A stretch of 64,000 nt of DNA from assembly GCA_037146775.1 (NCBI GenBank), contig JBAWWL010000004.1, forward strand, positions 86,471-150,470, read 5' to 3'. This document shows positions 1 to 9,916 of the stretch, in pieces. Source of the stretch: Candidatus Omnitrophota bacterium (GTDB lineage Bacteria > Omnitrophota > Gorgyraeia > Duberdicusellales > 4484-171). Both the position numbers and the translations under genes were made by a program. The notes under the pieces are model-generated. The model searched no databases. It was given only the letters and a program-made list of their open reading frames with translations, and was not told the DNA's origin. The number at the start of each line of letters is the position of its first letter. The stretch's first letter is position 1.

Positions 1-18
1 GCGTAGCCATCATACACA

Positions 19-1848
19 TCAATCATTCTCGATAAATTTATTATTCCAGAGGGTTACATTTATCCATTTCCATATTTGCCTGCTTGCGTCTATCTGATTG
101 CGTATGTGCTTCTGATACATTTTAAAACACTGTTTCTGGTCGAAAAATGGGGATTTACGAAAATTATCCGAGTTTAAAATAGTAAGTATGAATTCTTTGA
201 ATCTGGGCTCCCTAAACCATTGCGCACCGGGATTATCGAACCCGATCTTATCTTGCCTATTTCTAATTTTCTCAGGTAAAATTTTTTTCATAGCTTCTCT
301 AAGAATCCATTTATTTTCTCCCTTTCTAATTATGAACGAACTATGGGAACTTAGGGCTTTTTCTACTATTCGATGATCCAAAAAGGGCACCCGCGATTCC
401 AACGAAAACCTCATTGCATTTCTATCTTCCCATTTAAGAAGATGTTCCAATTTGTGTTCGAAATGCTCTATAAGGCTGCTATTTAAACTTTGTGCTTGAT
501 ATAAAATATCCGGTATGGTTAAGTCTTGCCTAAATTGTGATAGAAATTCCAAAGATAGGCTGGTATTTTCTGACACCTTTATTCTCGATTTAATTTTCCC
601 GGACAACAAGAAGTATAAAAATGATTTTAGCCCAAATAATGACTTATGTCTCAAACAATAATAAAAAATTTCACTAAGGAGTGTGTTAAATTTTCTTTTG
701 CACAGTAATTCCTTAAAAAATGTGCCGAAAAAATAATGATACCCCGCAAAGATCTCATCCGCACCTTGTCCGTCCAATAAAACGACTGCGTGGGCTTGCG
801 CCAACTTCATTACCTCGTAATGCACAAAAGGGGCTATGTGCCCGACAGGCTCGTCTATATAGTAGATGAAATCGTGTATGTCGTTTAAAATGTTATCCGC
901 GCCTACATAGGTCTTATATAACCTTTGTCCTAATGCATCCTTAAATTCGTCGATATACTCACTTTCGTCACCGTATTTGTTTTTTCCGTAAACCGCGGAA
1001 AATGTTTGCAAATTATCTTTTTTTAATTCTTTCAGCAGTATGGAAACAATTGTGGAAGAATCTAGGCCGCCACTTAAACATATTCCCAGAGGAACATCGC
1101 TCCTCAAGTGCACATGAACAGAATTAATTAAATCCTCTTTCAATTCTTCGGGGCACGTATAACCTTTTTTTAAATTATCTCTCAGATTGTACCACCTGTT
1201 CATAGAGAAATTATCATCTTTTATTGATATTGTGTGGCCGTGCGGTAACTTTTTAATGCCTTTCAAGAAGGTATCCTCATCATAATCGGTTCGATTGAAA
1301 ACAAGATAGTTATACATTATCTTTTTGTTAATTTCTTTATTTTTTAAAATATGGCTGAAAGGTTTTAGTTCTGAGGAAAAGATAAAAGTATCTTCTGACA
1401 GATAATAATATAAGGGTTTTATACCAAATCTATCTCTGGCCAAAAATAAGTTTTTGTTTTCTATATCAAGTATGGCAAACGCAAACATTCCATTAAATTT
1501 ATCCAAACATCCCGGCCCCCATTCTATAAAAGAGTACAAGACAACTTCCGTATCTGTATTGGAAGAAAAACTATATTTTTGCCTTAGCTCTTTTCGTAAT
1601 TCTAAATAATTATATACCTCACCATTATAAACAATACAAAACCTTCTGTCCGCACTAAACATGGGTTGGTTGCCCTTATCGGTAAGATCTAGAATACTTA
1701 GCCGTAATGCGCCAAGACCCACATGACGGTCAATAAACTGCCCTTGGGCATCCGGGCCACGATGCTGGAGCGACTGAGACGTACGGTATAAGATTTCTTT
1801 ATCTACATCTTTCCCATTAAAATTAAACATTCCGTAAATTCCGCACAT
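19..1848 (-). CDS. asnB: asparagine synthase (glutamine-hydrolysing), AsnB/WbpS-like amidotransferase
   Basis: N-terminal MCGI (Cys2 Ntn nucleophile) and SGGLDSS PP-loop motif; 609 aa; sits inside a glycosyltransferase cluster. Confidence 0.8.
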   Translation of the reverse strand: MCGIYGMFNFNGKDVDKEILYRTSQSLQHRGPDAQGQFIDRHVGLGALRLSILDLTDKGNQPMFSADRRFCIVYNGEVYNYLELRKELRQKYSFSSNTDTEVVLYSFIEWGPGCLDKFNGMFAFAILDIENKNLFLARDRFGIKPLYYYLSEDTFIFSSELKPFSHILKNKEINKKIMYNYLVFNRTDYDEDTFLKGIKKLPHGHTISIKDDNFSMNRWYNLRDNLKKGYTCPEELKEDLINSVHVHLRSDVPLGICLSGGLDSSTIVSILLKELKKDNLQTFSAVYGKNKYGDESEYIDEFKDALGQRLYKTYVGADNILNDIHDFIYYIDEPVGHIAPFVHYEVMKLAQAHAVVLLDGQGADEIFAGYHYFFGTFFKELLCKRKFNTLLSEIFYYCLRHKSLFGLKSFLYFLLSGKIKSRIKVSENTSLSLEFLSQFRQDLTIPDILYQAQSLNSSLIEHFEHKLEHLLKWEDRNAMRFSLESRVPFLDHRIVEKALSSHSSFIIRKGENKWILREAMKKILPEKIRNRQDKIGFDNPGAQWFREPRFKEFILTILNSDNFRKSPFFDQKQCFKMYQKHIRNQIDASRQIWKWINVTLWNNKFIEND

Positions 1849-1857
1849 ATTTTTTAT

Positions 1858-2940
1858 TTATTTAAATTTAAGTTGGTATTGACCGTCTTTCTTCAGGACA
1901 GCAAAGCTTTCTGGATAATTTTCTACAAACCACACCATAAAAGCCGTGGTATCAATATTGTCTTCCATAATCTTTTCTTTTTTACCGCGCCATTTTTCTT
2001 TCAGAAAAGAATCGCTTAATATTTCTATCCCTTTTTGGATGGATTTCTCATATTCGGAAAAAGAGCTGCCAAAATTGAAAATCGTTCCGTACTTTTCTTC
2101 TTGTTCCCTTGTATAATCACGCCCCTTAAAATCCACATAAATTGCCGGGGTTCCTAATAGCGCTGCTTCCGAGGCAGTTTTTGCGCCTTCGGAATAAACT
2201 AGCGCAGCATGATACAGCGCGGCGTGCATTTTCTCGGGTGGGATTGTAATATTGAATTTGTCTAGGCATGACTCCGTCTTCTCTTCCGAAGAAATAAAAA
2301 CTTTGGCATATTTACTGAATTCTTCGACGCATTTGATTTTATATTTTAACGGCATTCCTTTATATCCAAAATCGTGGGTAGCATTTTGCGCGCTAAAACG
2401 TATTATTACAAATTTTTCTGATTCTTTTACTCCTAATTCTGCTAAAACGCTGCTGTCGACGCTGAAATATTTCGGGTGTAGATACGCCAATTCGTGATAC
2501 CCTCGATATGTTATATGTTTTTTACCCAAATTCAGCTTAAGGCTTTCCGGGGATAAAATAATATCCGTAAAGGGTTTATAAAGAAAGATCTGTTCGAGAT
2601 TGCCGGTGTCTTCCATCGATATATGCGGCTTTCGCATTAATTTTGAAACAAAAGCAAAAGCGATGGATCCATGGCTTAAAAATAAATCCGGGTGAAATCT
2701 CACTGAGAACTTTAGTGTTTTAAAAACGAATCTAAACAAACATGCGATTTTTCTCAAAAATCCAACACCGAATTTTCCTAATACGATATACTTACATCCG
2801 TATTTTTCTAATAAGTACGCTGAGCATCCTTTATCTCGCACGGTAAAGAAAACTTCATGCCCTTTTTTCTCTAAAGCCCAGGCAATATTCTTAAAAAGAT
2901 GCACGTGGGCAGGATGACCAATATCAATTAAAATTTTCAT
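1858..2940 (-). CDS. DUF354 family protein (GT-B / UDP-GlcNAc 2-epimerase-like fold)
   Basis: N-terminal MKILIDIGHPAHVHLFKNI...GHEV..TVRDKG pattern typical of DUF354. Confidence 0.55.
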   Translation of the reverse strand: MKILIDIGHPAHVHLFKNIAWALEKKGHEVFFTVRDKGCSAYLLEKYGCKYIVLGKFGVGFLRKIACLFRFVFKTLKFSVRFHPDLFLSHGSIAFAFVSKLMRKPHISMEDTGNLEQIFLYKPFTDIILSPESLKLNLGKKHITYRGYHELAYLHPKYFSVDSSVLAELGVKESEKFVIIRFSAQNATHDFGYKGMPLKYKIKCVEEFSKYAKVFISSEEKTESCLDKFNITIPPEKMHAALYHAALVYSEGAKTASEAALLGTPAIYVDFKGRDYTREQEEKYGTIFNFGSSFSEYEKSIQKGIEILSDSFLKEKWRGKKEKIMEDNIDTTAFMVWFVENYPESFAVLKKDGQYQLKFK

Positions 2941-2945
2941 CTACC

Positions 2946-3764
2946 TTAATATGTTGGGCTCATTGTGGCGATAGGCGTGAGGCCGGCGTATACCGGATAA
3001 CCCTCGCGTATTAATAACCTGGCTTCCGTGGGCAAAATGATATCAACCTGCGATCCAAAAACTATTTTTCCTATTTTATCGCTTCGCCGAACTAGCTGCT
3101 TTTCTTCTACACAAGTCTTTATTCTACGCACCATGCGCGAAGCTATCTGGATAACCCCTATGAGACGATTGCCGTTCTTTATGACAATGATGTTTCTTTC
3201 GTTTTGACTGCAGGAATCCGGCAACTTGAGTGACATAAATTTTCCCGCACAATGTTTTATGAGCACTATTTCTCCTTCTGTCGGTGCCCTATTTACATGC
3301 ACATCCAATATCGACATACTAATTCCAATAAGCCAGCAATCAGTATCTAATATGCTTGTCGCTGCGATTTCATCCAAACGGATATTGGCTTTTCCTTTTA
3401 TGGAGGTTGGGATAATGCCTTTTTCCACTTTCCGTATATATATTACTCTGCCATCTGCCGGAGAAACTATAATATTTTTATCGCCATGAAATTGCCTTTC
3501 AGGATCTCTGTAAAATCTCAGCAAAATAACACCGATTATGCTTATAAACAGGGCAAAAATGTTCAGGAAGAAAATCACGGTTGGATTACTGCCATGCATA
3601 ACTATCGCGATATCAATAATAGAGCTTACAAACACGGCAATGATGGCTTCCCGGTAAAAACAACTTTTTGGTAATTTTAATTTATTATACAGAAATAAGA
3701 AAATGAGAAATATGAACAAAACATTCGGAAAAACCAATAACCAATAGCTCACTGTCTCCTCCAT
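2946..3764 (-). CDS. phosphatidylserine decarboxylase family proenzyme (Asd-type, pyruvoyl-dependent) with N-terminal transmembrane segment
   Basis: FYRDPER, SPADG, DVHVNRAP motifs and FGSQV near the C-terminus (LGST-like self-cleavage site); hydrophobic N-terminal 80 aa. Confidence 0.6.
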   Translation of the reverse strand: MEETVSYWLLVFPNVLFIFLIFLFLYNKLKLPKSCFYREAIIAVFVSSIIDIAIVMHGSNPTVIFFLNIFALFISIIGVILLRFYRDPERQFHGDKNIIVSPADGRVIYIRKVEKGIIPTSIKGKANIRLDEIAATSILDTDCWLIGISMSILDVHVNRAPTEGEIVLIKHCAGKFMSLKLPDSCSQNERNIIVIKNGNRLIGVIQIASRMVRRIKTCVEEKQLVRRSDKIGKIVFGSQVDIILPTEARLLIREGYPVYAGLTPIATMSPTY

Positions 3765-4906
3765 ATTATATACGGCAGAAGCAAGGCGTACATCAAGGTG
3801 GGCAGCATATCGTCTTTTGAAAAGATTGCTATTTCTTTTTTAATTCTTAAAGAATTTATATATTCCTTGATACCAATGCGATGCCTTGCTAAACAATTTA
3901 TAAATATAAAAAAGTCGGTAAAAGGATCTACCCACCCCACGTTGGACAATTGATTAATTTTCGGAACCGAATCTTTACCTTCAAAATAATCTATTAACAT
4001 CTTTATAAGATTAATTTCTAATGCATGGGTTATAGAGTGCCACTTCCACGTGCGCGGATTAATTTCTAACAGTTTATATGTACCGTCTTCTTCGTCCCAC
4101 ATGAATTCTATTTCTGACAACCCGCAATAATTGATGCCCTTTAAAAATCTTATGGCGTTGTTTTCTATTTCCTTATTCAATACGCTAATAGCAAAGGTGG
4201 TGGAATTACCAAAATCCATAGGTCTTTGCCGTAGCCTGTTTACCACAACTCCTCCGATAGTTTTTCCATCAACAAAAAATGACCCGAAAGAATAAAGATT
4301 TTTTGCCCCACCGCCTATTATTCTCTGAATAATAATATCCTTGGCGCCTATAATATTTTCCGCTAACTTATAATTACGTACCAACTCTTCCCTGGTGCGG
4401 CAAGGCAAAACTTTTTTACCGACCTTATTAAACAGCTTAAACATGATTGCTGGTTTAATAATAACCGGATACCCTATTTCTTCGGAAAAGATTAAAGCCT
4501 CCTCTAAAGTATGGGGATAACGCGAATCAGGAAAATGGACACCTAATTCTTCGGCTTTTTTATAAGTAAGGATTTTATTAAAACAGGTTTCGGTGACTTC
4601 TTTTGGCGGTATAGAGATAAAAAAGCAATTATGCAGCGTGTCGTAGTTTTCCATCAAAAATCCTACCATCATATCGTTGGTTGGCATCAAAATAGTATCT
4701 TTTTTATCATTATATAATTTTGTTATTTGCTCAATCAAATCCTGATCGTTTTTAAATATAACTGTTTTCGTGCAATATTTAGAAAATCTCGCGAGAGATA
4801 ACCCGTGGTCGGTAAAAAGATTTATCTCTACGCCCAGTCTTCCGGCTATCTGCGCTACGCCTAACGCCTGGATATGATTGCCTAGAATAATTATCTTCTT
4901 AATCAT
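3749..4906 (-). CDS. ATP-grasp domain ligase
   Basis: LEINPR motif characteristic of the ATP-grasp C-domain; Gly-rich N-terminal Rossmann-like region. Confidence 0.55.
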   Translation of the reverse strand: MIKKIIILGNHIQALGVAQIAGRLGVEINLFTDHGLSLARFSKYCTKTVIFKNDQDLIEQITKLYNDKKDTILMPTNDMMVGFLMENYDTLHNCFFISIPPKEVTETCFNKILTYKKAEELGVHFPDSRYPHTLEEALIFSEEIGYPVIIKPAIMFKLFNKVGKKVLPCRTREELVRNYKLAENIIGAKDIIIQRIIGGGAKNLYSFGSFFVDGKTIGGVVVNRLRQRPMDFGNSTTFAISVLNKEIENNAIRFLKGINYCGLSEIEFMWDEEDGTYKLLEINPRTWKWHSITHALEINLIKMLIDYFEGKDSVPKINQLSNVGWVDPFTDFFIFINCLARHRIGIKEYINSLRIKKEIAIFSKDDMLPTLMYALLLPYIIWRRQ

Positions 4907-5670
4907 CAGCTATTCCTGGCCTTCTGAAGTAACATTTTAAACAGATTTCGAATATTCTGACCAACGAACTCAACAGCCCAGCCGCACATATCGTCATTCC
5001 ATCTATTAGGATGAATATTTAACATAATACCATCCGGAAGCTCTCCTCTTTTCAGCGCGGACATAATTTCACAAGTATTATTGAATTTATAAGCGAACTT
5101 GGTGTTGACCTTATCTCTTATGTTCGCTGTATCAGCGTTCCAACTTCTTCCTGTGTCTGTGAGATAAAAAATTTTATTAAAATCCATGGAGATACATGTT
5201 TCTCCCATTATTCCTAAATCAATGAAATTATACTTCTCCCACAATTTTTTATTGTCCCATTTTGAAAACGGCGAGCCATGCGCACAAATTGTTTTTACCG
5301 CTGTAATGTTCTGGAATTCCCCCAATTCTTTCTTAAAAAGCTCGATAGCTTTTCCATAATTCCCGCCCGCCTTTGCCAAAACTTCGTAGTGATATCCAAT
5401 ATCGTGATTTAAATTATAAATTTCTTTTATAATATTTTCGTTAAACGTTTGTGGGTATCGAAAATAATAAGATGCAGATATACCCATTCTTTTTTCTGTC
5501 TGGGCTAATCGTAAAGCACTATGCATCCCCCTATCAACATCGTGCCTCAAAATGCAAGTTTTACCGGTATATTTTTTCTGCAGAAAATCTGAAACATTTA
5601 CAATCTGATAGCCATTGTGCAGCAGGCTTGTGTATAGTTCCATCAAAATTTTTACTGTGAAATCTAACAT
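4906..5670 (-). CDS. polysaccharide deacetylase (carbohydrate esterase 4-like) family protein
   Basis: LRHDVD motif resembling NodB motif 1 variants of polysaccharide deacetylases. Confidence 0.45.
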   Translation of the reverse strand: MLDFTVKILMELYTSLLHNGYQIVNVSDFLQKKYTGKTCILRHDVDRGMHSALRLAQTEKRMGISASYYFRYPQTFNENIIKEIYNLNHDIGYHYEVLAKAGGNYGKAIELFKKELGEFQNITAVKTICAHGSPFSKWDNKKLWEKYNFIDLGIMGETCISMDFNKIFYLTDTGRSWNADTANIRDKVNTKFAYKFNNTCEIMSALKRGELPDGIMLNIHPNRWNDDMCGWAVEFVGQNIRNLFKMLLQKARNS

Positions 5671-5688
5671 TTCGTTTTCGTAAAATAA

Positions 5689-6681
5689 TTATTGGTTATT
5701 TAATAGCCCTAGCCAATTACTCCTTACCTTTTCCCAAGTAAAACTCATCACTTTTTTATACATATTTTCTCTAAAAGAATCGTACGTGTGTGGTTTTTCT
5801 AGAACGTTACATATATGTTCGCTCAATTTTTTATAATCACCTTTATCAAAAAATATACACTCATTATCGCCATACACGGTAGGCGTTCCGCCGCATCTGG
5901 CAGAGATAACCAGCATTTCAGAAAATCCAGCTTCAACAAGTTTCAAAGGGAAATTGTCGCCGAAGGACGTATTCAAGAGAACGCAACATTGTTGATATTC
6001 TTTCAATAATTCGGTACGCGGCAAAAACCCTTTAAATATTATCTTTTGATGAGCGTATTGTTTTTTCAATTTATCGAGGAGCGGCCCATTGCCAAAAAAA
6101 TAAAATTCTATGTCGTTTCTTTCTTTTAGAACCACTTCGCAAGCCTTGAGGGCCGTTTCAGGATCATACATAAATTGAAACGAACCAATCCAAAGAAATT
6201 TTTTGTTCCAATCAAAATTCTTTTCTCTTTTTGGAAAATTTCCGTAGTGGAAATGATACGGAATAAGATGGGTATTGAATTCGTATTGGTTAAAAATATC
6301 AAAAAGATACTTTGAGGCAACGGTTACCGGGATTTTTCCTAAAAATAGCCTGACCGTCGGGCCCCATCGATTCATGAACGGCCCGGGATAGCCTTCGTGA
6401 AAATCTACTATAACTTTTTTACGAAAAAACCTGGCTGCGATCACCCCCACAAAAATCGGCAAAAATCCGTAGTTGCTGCAACCCGCAGCCATAATTAAAT
6501 CGTATCTAGGGACGATTTTAAAAATATGCGCGATGCTTTTGATTCTATCTCTTATCCTACCGTGTGTAGAGGCAACGTCTACGCAAAAGCCTTCTTCCCT
6601 AAGGCTTCTCACCAATTCCTCAACGGCCCCGGAAAGACCTCCCCAATTAGACCTATAGTTCATGACCGTAAGTATCTTCAT
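5689..6681 (-). CDS. glycosyltransferase family 4 (GT-B)
   Basis: GT-B C-terminal E..G pattern (KLVEAGFSEMLVISARCGG); 4-bp overlap with the upstream gene. Confidence 0.6.
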   Translation of the reverse strand: MKILTVMNYRSNWGGLSGAVEELVRSLREEGFCVDVASTHGRIRDRIKSIAHIFKIVPRYDLIMAAGCSNYGFLPIFVGVIAARFFRKKVIVDFHEGYPGPFMNRWGPTVRLFLGKIPVTVASKYLFDIFNQYEFNTHLIPYHFHYGNFPKREKNFDWNKKFLWIGSFQFMYDPETALKACEVVLKERNDIEFYFFGNGPLLDKLKKQYAHQKIIFKGFLPRTELLKEYQQCCVLLNTSFGDNFPLKLVEAGFSEMLVISARCGGTPTVYGDNECIFFDKGDYKKLSEHICNVLEKPHTYDSFRENMYKKVMSFTWEKVRSNWLGLLNNQ

Positions 6682-8528
6682 CTACGCTCTTGGTGGAATA
6701 AGGCCATCCATAATCTTAAAGAAAAAATAGAAAAAAATCTAAAGTCTCCTTTAAGATTAATATTGTTTTCAAAACCTTTTATTAGTTTATCTGTAAAAAT
6801 TTCGTCGCCGTTGCCTATCTTGGATACATACTTTGTGACCATATCCTTGGACCATAACTCGGATCTAAAGGTATCGTTTCCTTTCAATCTGCGCCTTGCC
6901 CGCTCTTTTAAATACACTGGCCCAATCTTAAGCGCCTTCGCAATAAAAGGCAAAAGAAGCTCTTTAGGTTTATACCCTCTATCTGTAACTATGTCCCCCA
7001 GGACCGGATTAGCCATTTGAATAATTTTGGCATAAAATAATTGACTGTTTATGCGCGAAAAAATATCCGTTTCCCCTGCCCCTTTATACATTCCCAGAAA
7101 TGGCGTTTTGAAAATAAGTTCTAAAAATTCTTCGTCGAGATAAGGAGTTAATGTCTCGACGTAATGGCTTTCAATCCTTATTTCTTGCATAAAATACTTT
7201 CTTGTTGCTTCCTCTAAAAGGAAAATATAAAATCGAGCAAGCTTGTCGAATGATTCCGTCTTTTTGATATAGTGCTTTTCAAAGTCTTCCTTAATTGCGT
7301 GCGAATATTTATCAATAATATCTGCTCTTATATATCCCGTGTTTTTTAGTTGCCTTAAAATATCATTGAATTCCGCATCGAAGTTTTCAGACATAAAAAG
7401 TCTTATTGTTTCTGGGCTAATTTGTTCGGTAGAACGGGAAAAAGGTTTTAAAATTTCGCTGCCGAACAACCCTGTTATATTCACCCTGGAAAAATTACTT
7501 AATTGCGCAAATACATAGGGGAAGTTTGCCCGCAAAATAGGGGCAGTTCCGTCCGAAAAGTCTAATACTTTTAATGCGTAGTCTTCATAATTTTTTTCGA
7601 ATGCTTCACCTAAATGAATTGCCTTATAGTTTAGTCCCAATTTTTTGGAAATAAGTAAGGGTATCTCTATTTGCTTGCTGCCGGGCATACCATATGAGTA
7701 GCATAAAAAATCTTTTGGGTCTCTCTCAAGAAGTGCTAAATTTGTTCTAGAATCAAATCCGGCTGTTAATGAAAGCAGAAATTTATCCGCGTCTGACGTA
7801 TACACTCTTAAATTTTTCTTCATCAAATCACTGCACGCACATAACGCATCTTTTTCCGGAATAAGCTGATCTGCGCACAGCAAGTTTTCTGTGTGCCAAT
7901 ATTTTTGTACTTTTAATCCATTTTTATCAATTTTTAAAATTGACGCGTGGGATAGTTGTAAAATATCATTATAATATGTTTTATCAAACAACGGATAGTA
8001 GAATAGCGTGTGCTCTATCAGGGCTTTTTCGTTTAGTTTTGGTTGAATATCAAGAAATTTAAGTATCAGTTTCATCGAAGAAGAAAATATAAAATTATTG
8101 TCTTTATAATAATAAAATAAAGGCAAAGTATTTAGTTTACTGCTGACAAGAACAAGCTCTTTTATATAGTTATCATAAATGATAACGGTAAAATTTCCTT
8201 TTATGTAATGCGTCATACCCACATTACATTCTTTATACAACACAAACACATCGTTCATTGATAATTTTCTGGGGTTAACCGAGGTGAACTCATTGTGTTT
8301 CTTGCTAGAAAAGGCTGACCCAAATAAAAAAATAGAGAGATTGTCTTGGGACAAATAACAGCTCTCTGCCCGGGGCGCTGGGGCATAACTGATTTCTCCT
8401 TCGGAAAAAGTCGTTGTTGATATATTATTTTCTGGTATATCGGCACGGATACATTTTCTCGAAAAATTTTTTTCTCGATCGAACTTATTTTGTCTAAGAT
8501 TAATTATTCCTATAATGTCTGTTATCAT
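6678..8528 (-). CDS. asparagine synthetase-like protein lacking the N-terminal Cys nucleophile
   Basis: AsnB-like fold throughout (degenerate SGG.DS as TAGFDSR), but the N-terminus is MITDIIG rather than MCG. Confidence 0.55.
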   Translation of the reverse strand: MITDIIGIINLRQNKFDREKNFSRKCIRADIPENNISTTTFSEGEISYAPAPRAESCYLSQDNLSIFLFGSAFSSKKHNEFTSVNPRKLSMNDVFVLYKECNVGMTHYIKGNFTVIIYDNYIKELVLVSSKLNTLPLFYYYKDNNFIFSSSMKLILKFLDIQPKLNEKALIEHTLFYYPLFDKTYYNDILQLSHASILKIDKNGLKVQKYWHTENLLCADQLIPEKDALCACSDLMKKNLRVYTSDADKFLLSLTAGFDSRTNLALLERDPKDFLCYSYGMPGSKQIEIPLLISKKLGLNYKAIHLGEAFEKNYEDYALKVLDFSDGTAPILRANFPYVFAQLSNFSRVNITGLFGSEILKPFSRSTEQISPETIRLFMSENFDAEFNDILRQLKNTGYIRADIIDKYSHAIKEDFEKHYIKKTESFDKLARFYIFLLEEATRKYFMQEIRIESHYVETLTPYLDEEFLELIFKTPFLGMYKGAGETDIFSRINSQLFYAKIIQMANPVLGDIVTDRGYKPKELLLPFIAKALKIGPVYLKERARRRLKGNDTFRSELWSKDMVTKYVSKIGNGDEIFTDKLIKGFENNINLKGDFRFFSIFSLRLWMALFHQERR

Positions 8529-8531
8529 TTT

Positions 8532-9788
8532 TTATAATTTACTTTTCCGTTGTGTCCTTGTTAATAACTTGCTTATTCTGCCAAATTTTCTTATCAAGAA
8601 GGAGCTTGTGTCTTTGCACCACGATAAAAAAGTATATAGCGGGTCCTCTAACATAAATACATCGAATACCTTTTTATAATTCGGATTGGAAATATAAAAA
8701 TATGGAAAAATAAACTCTTTTAGTGTAATCCTTTTTTTGGCTATGGCGCCAATCCCGCCCGATATATCTCCCGGTACCCTGAAACACTCAAAATATATAC
8801 ATTTTTTAGTTGTTACGCTTGTTGGTAAATTCAATAAATCCGCATAATAACCATAACCTATATCAAATCCGCTCCTAAAAAGCAGGTTGGAAAAACCGGG
8901 AAGTCTGGGGTTAAAATCAGTAAGAAAATAATCTTGTTCCTTTTTTGAAAAAATCCAGTCAAGATGCACAAAACCTTTCCAATGTAAATTATTCAACAAT
9001 TTTTTTGTCAATTCTTCAAGGCGGCGGTTACCGATAACTTTGCCGACATAAAGCCTGCTGCCAAAAGTACCGTCACTATTAAAACAGGTTCTTATTTTTT
9101 GTATGCATAAAACCCCTGCGCACTCGCCTCTCTTGTTATATAGACTCTCCGAACACCAAATATCTCGTATCCCACACTCTATAACCTCTTGGGTCATCAG
9201 CGAAGATTTCCTATATTTGTTTTGTGGCGAAGAAATTATATTTTCCATTTCTTTATAATTGCTTTCTAGATTATTTTTGTTTTCTACCTTCCTGTATATC
9301 CCTCCGGCAAGTCGCGTAGCTTTAATTATGCAGTTCTCCGAAAGTGCTTTCCAGCCTTTTTCGGTGTTTTCAATGGTATCAGCGAGAAAAGATTGCGGGG
9401 TATTTATCCCTATACTTTTACAATATGTATAACATTGCCATTTATCAAAAACTTTTTCAAAAGTATCAAGCTCCGCGATGTTCAAGGAATAGCCGCCATG
9501 TATCAATTCAGCTTGTGATTCCGAAATCAGTTCTGCACTAATGTCTCCCGAATAAATTAATACTCCCCGATAAGGTAAGTCCAGTAAAAATTTAATATAT
9601 TCTTTTCCTTTTTCAACCGACGGAGAAATCACGCTTTTGCTTACGAAACGAGATTTAAAAGCAGTGCTGTTAGAAACGGAACTAAGCGCGATGATTGGGA
9701 TTCTACGAATGCCGAAAGAAGCCAAAAGGCCTTCCTGGGAACGTAGTTCGGAATCGGCTAAAATAACCGGTATTGCTTCTTTTGTCAT
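8532..9788 (-). CDS. ATP-grasp domain protein
   Basis: DFNPRLPGF (E/D-x-N-P-R) ATP-grasp signature near the C-terminus. Confidence 0.5.
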   Translation of the reverse strand: MTKEAIPVILADSELRSQEGLLASFGIRRIPIIALSSVSNSTAFKSRFVSKSVISPSVEKGKEYIKFLLDLPYRGVLIYSGDISAELISESQAELIHGGYSLNIAELDTFEKVFDKWQCYTYCKSIGINTPQSFLADTIENTEKGWKALSENCIIKATRLAGGIYRKVENKNNLESNYKEMENIISSPQNKYRKSSLMTQEVIECGIRDIWCSESLYNKRGECAGVLCIQKIRTCFNSDGTFGSRLYVGKVIGNRRLEELTKKLLNNLHWKGFVHLDWIFSKKEQDYFLTDFNPRLPGFSNLLFRSGFDIGYGYYADLLNLPTSVTTKKCIYFECFRVPGDISGGIGAIAKKRITLKEFIFPYFYISNPNYKKVFDVFMLEDPLYTFLSWCKDTSSFLIRKFGRISKLLTRTQRKSKL

Positions 9789-9916
9789 ATGGTGACCATA
9801 TTTTGTGTTTATCTGGTTCTTTTCTTTGTCTATCCCTGACTAGGCCGACATAACGCTTCGTACGTAATCTGCGCAACAGGACTATTTATATAACACATGC
9901 CCCTCTTTAGCGTCAG

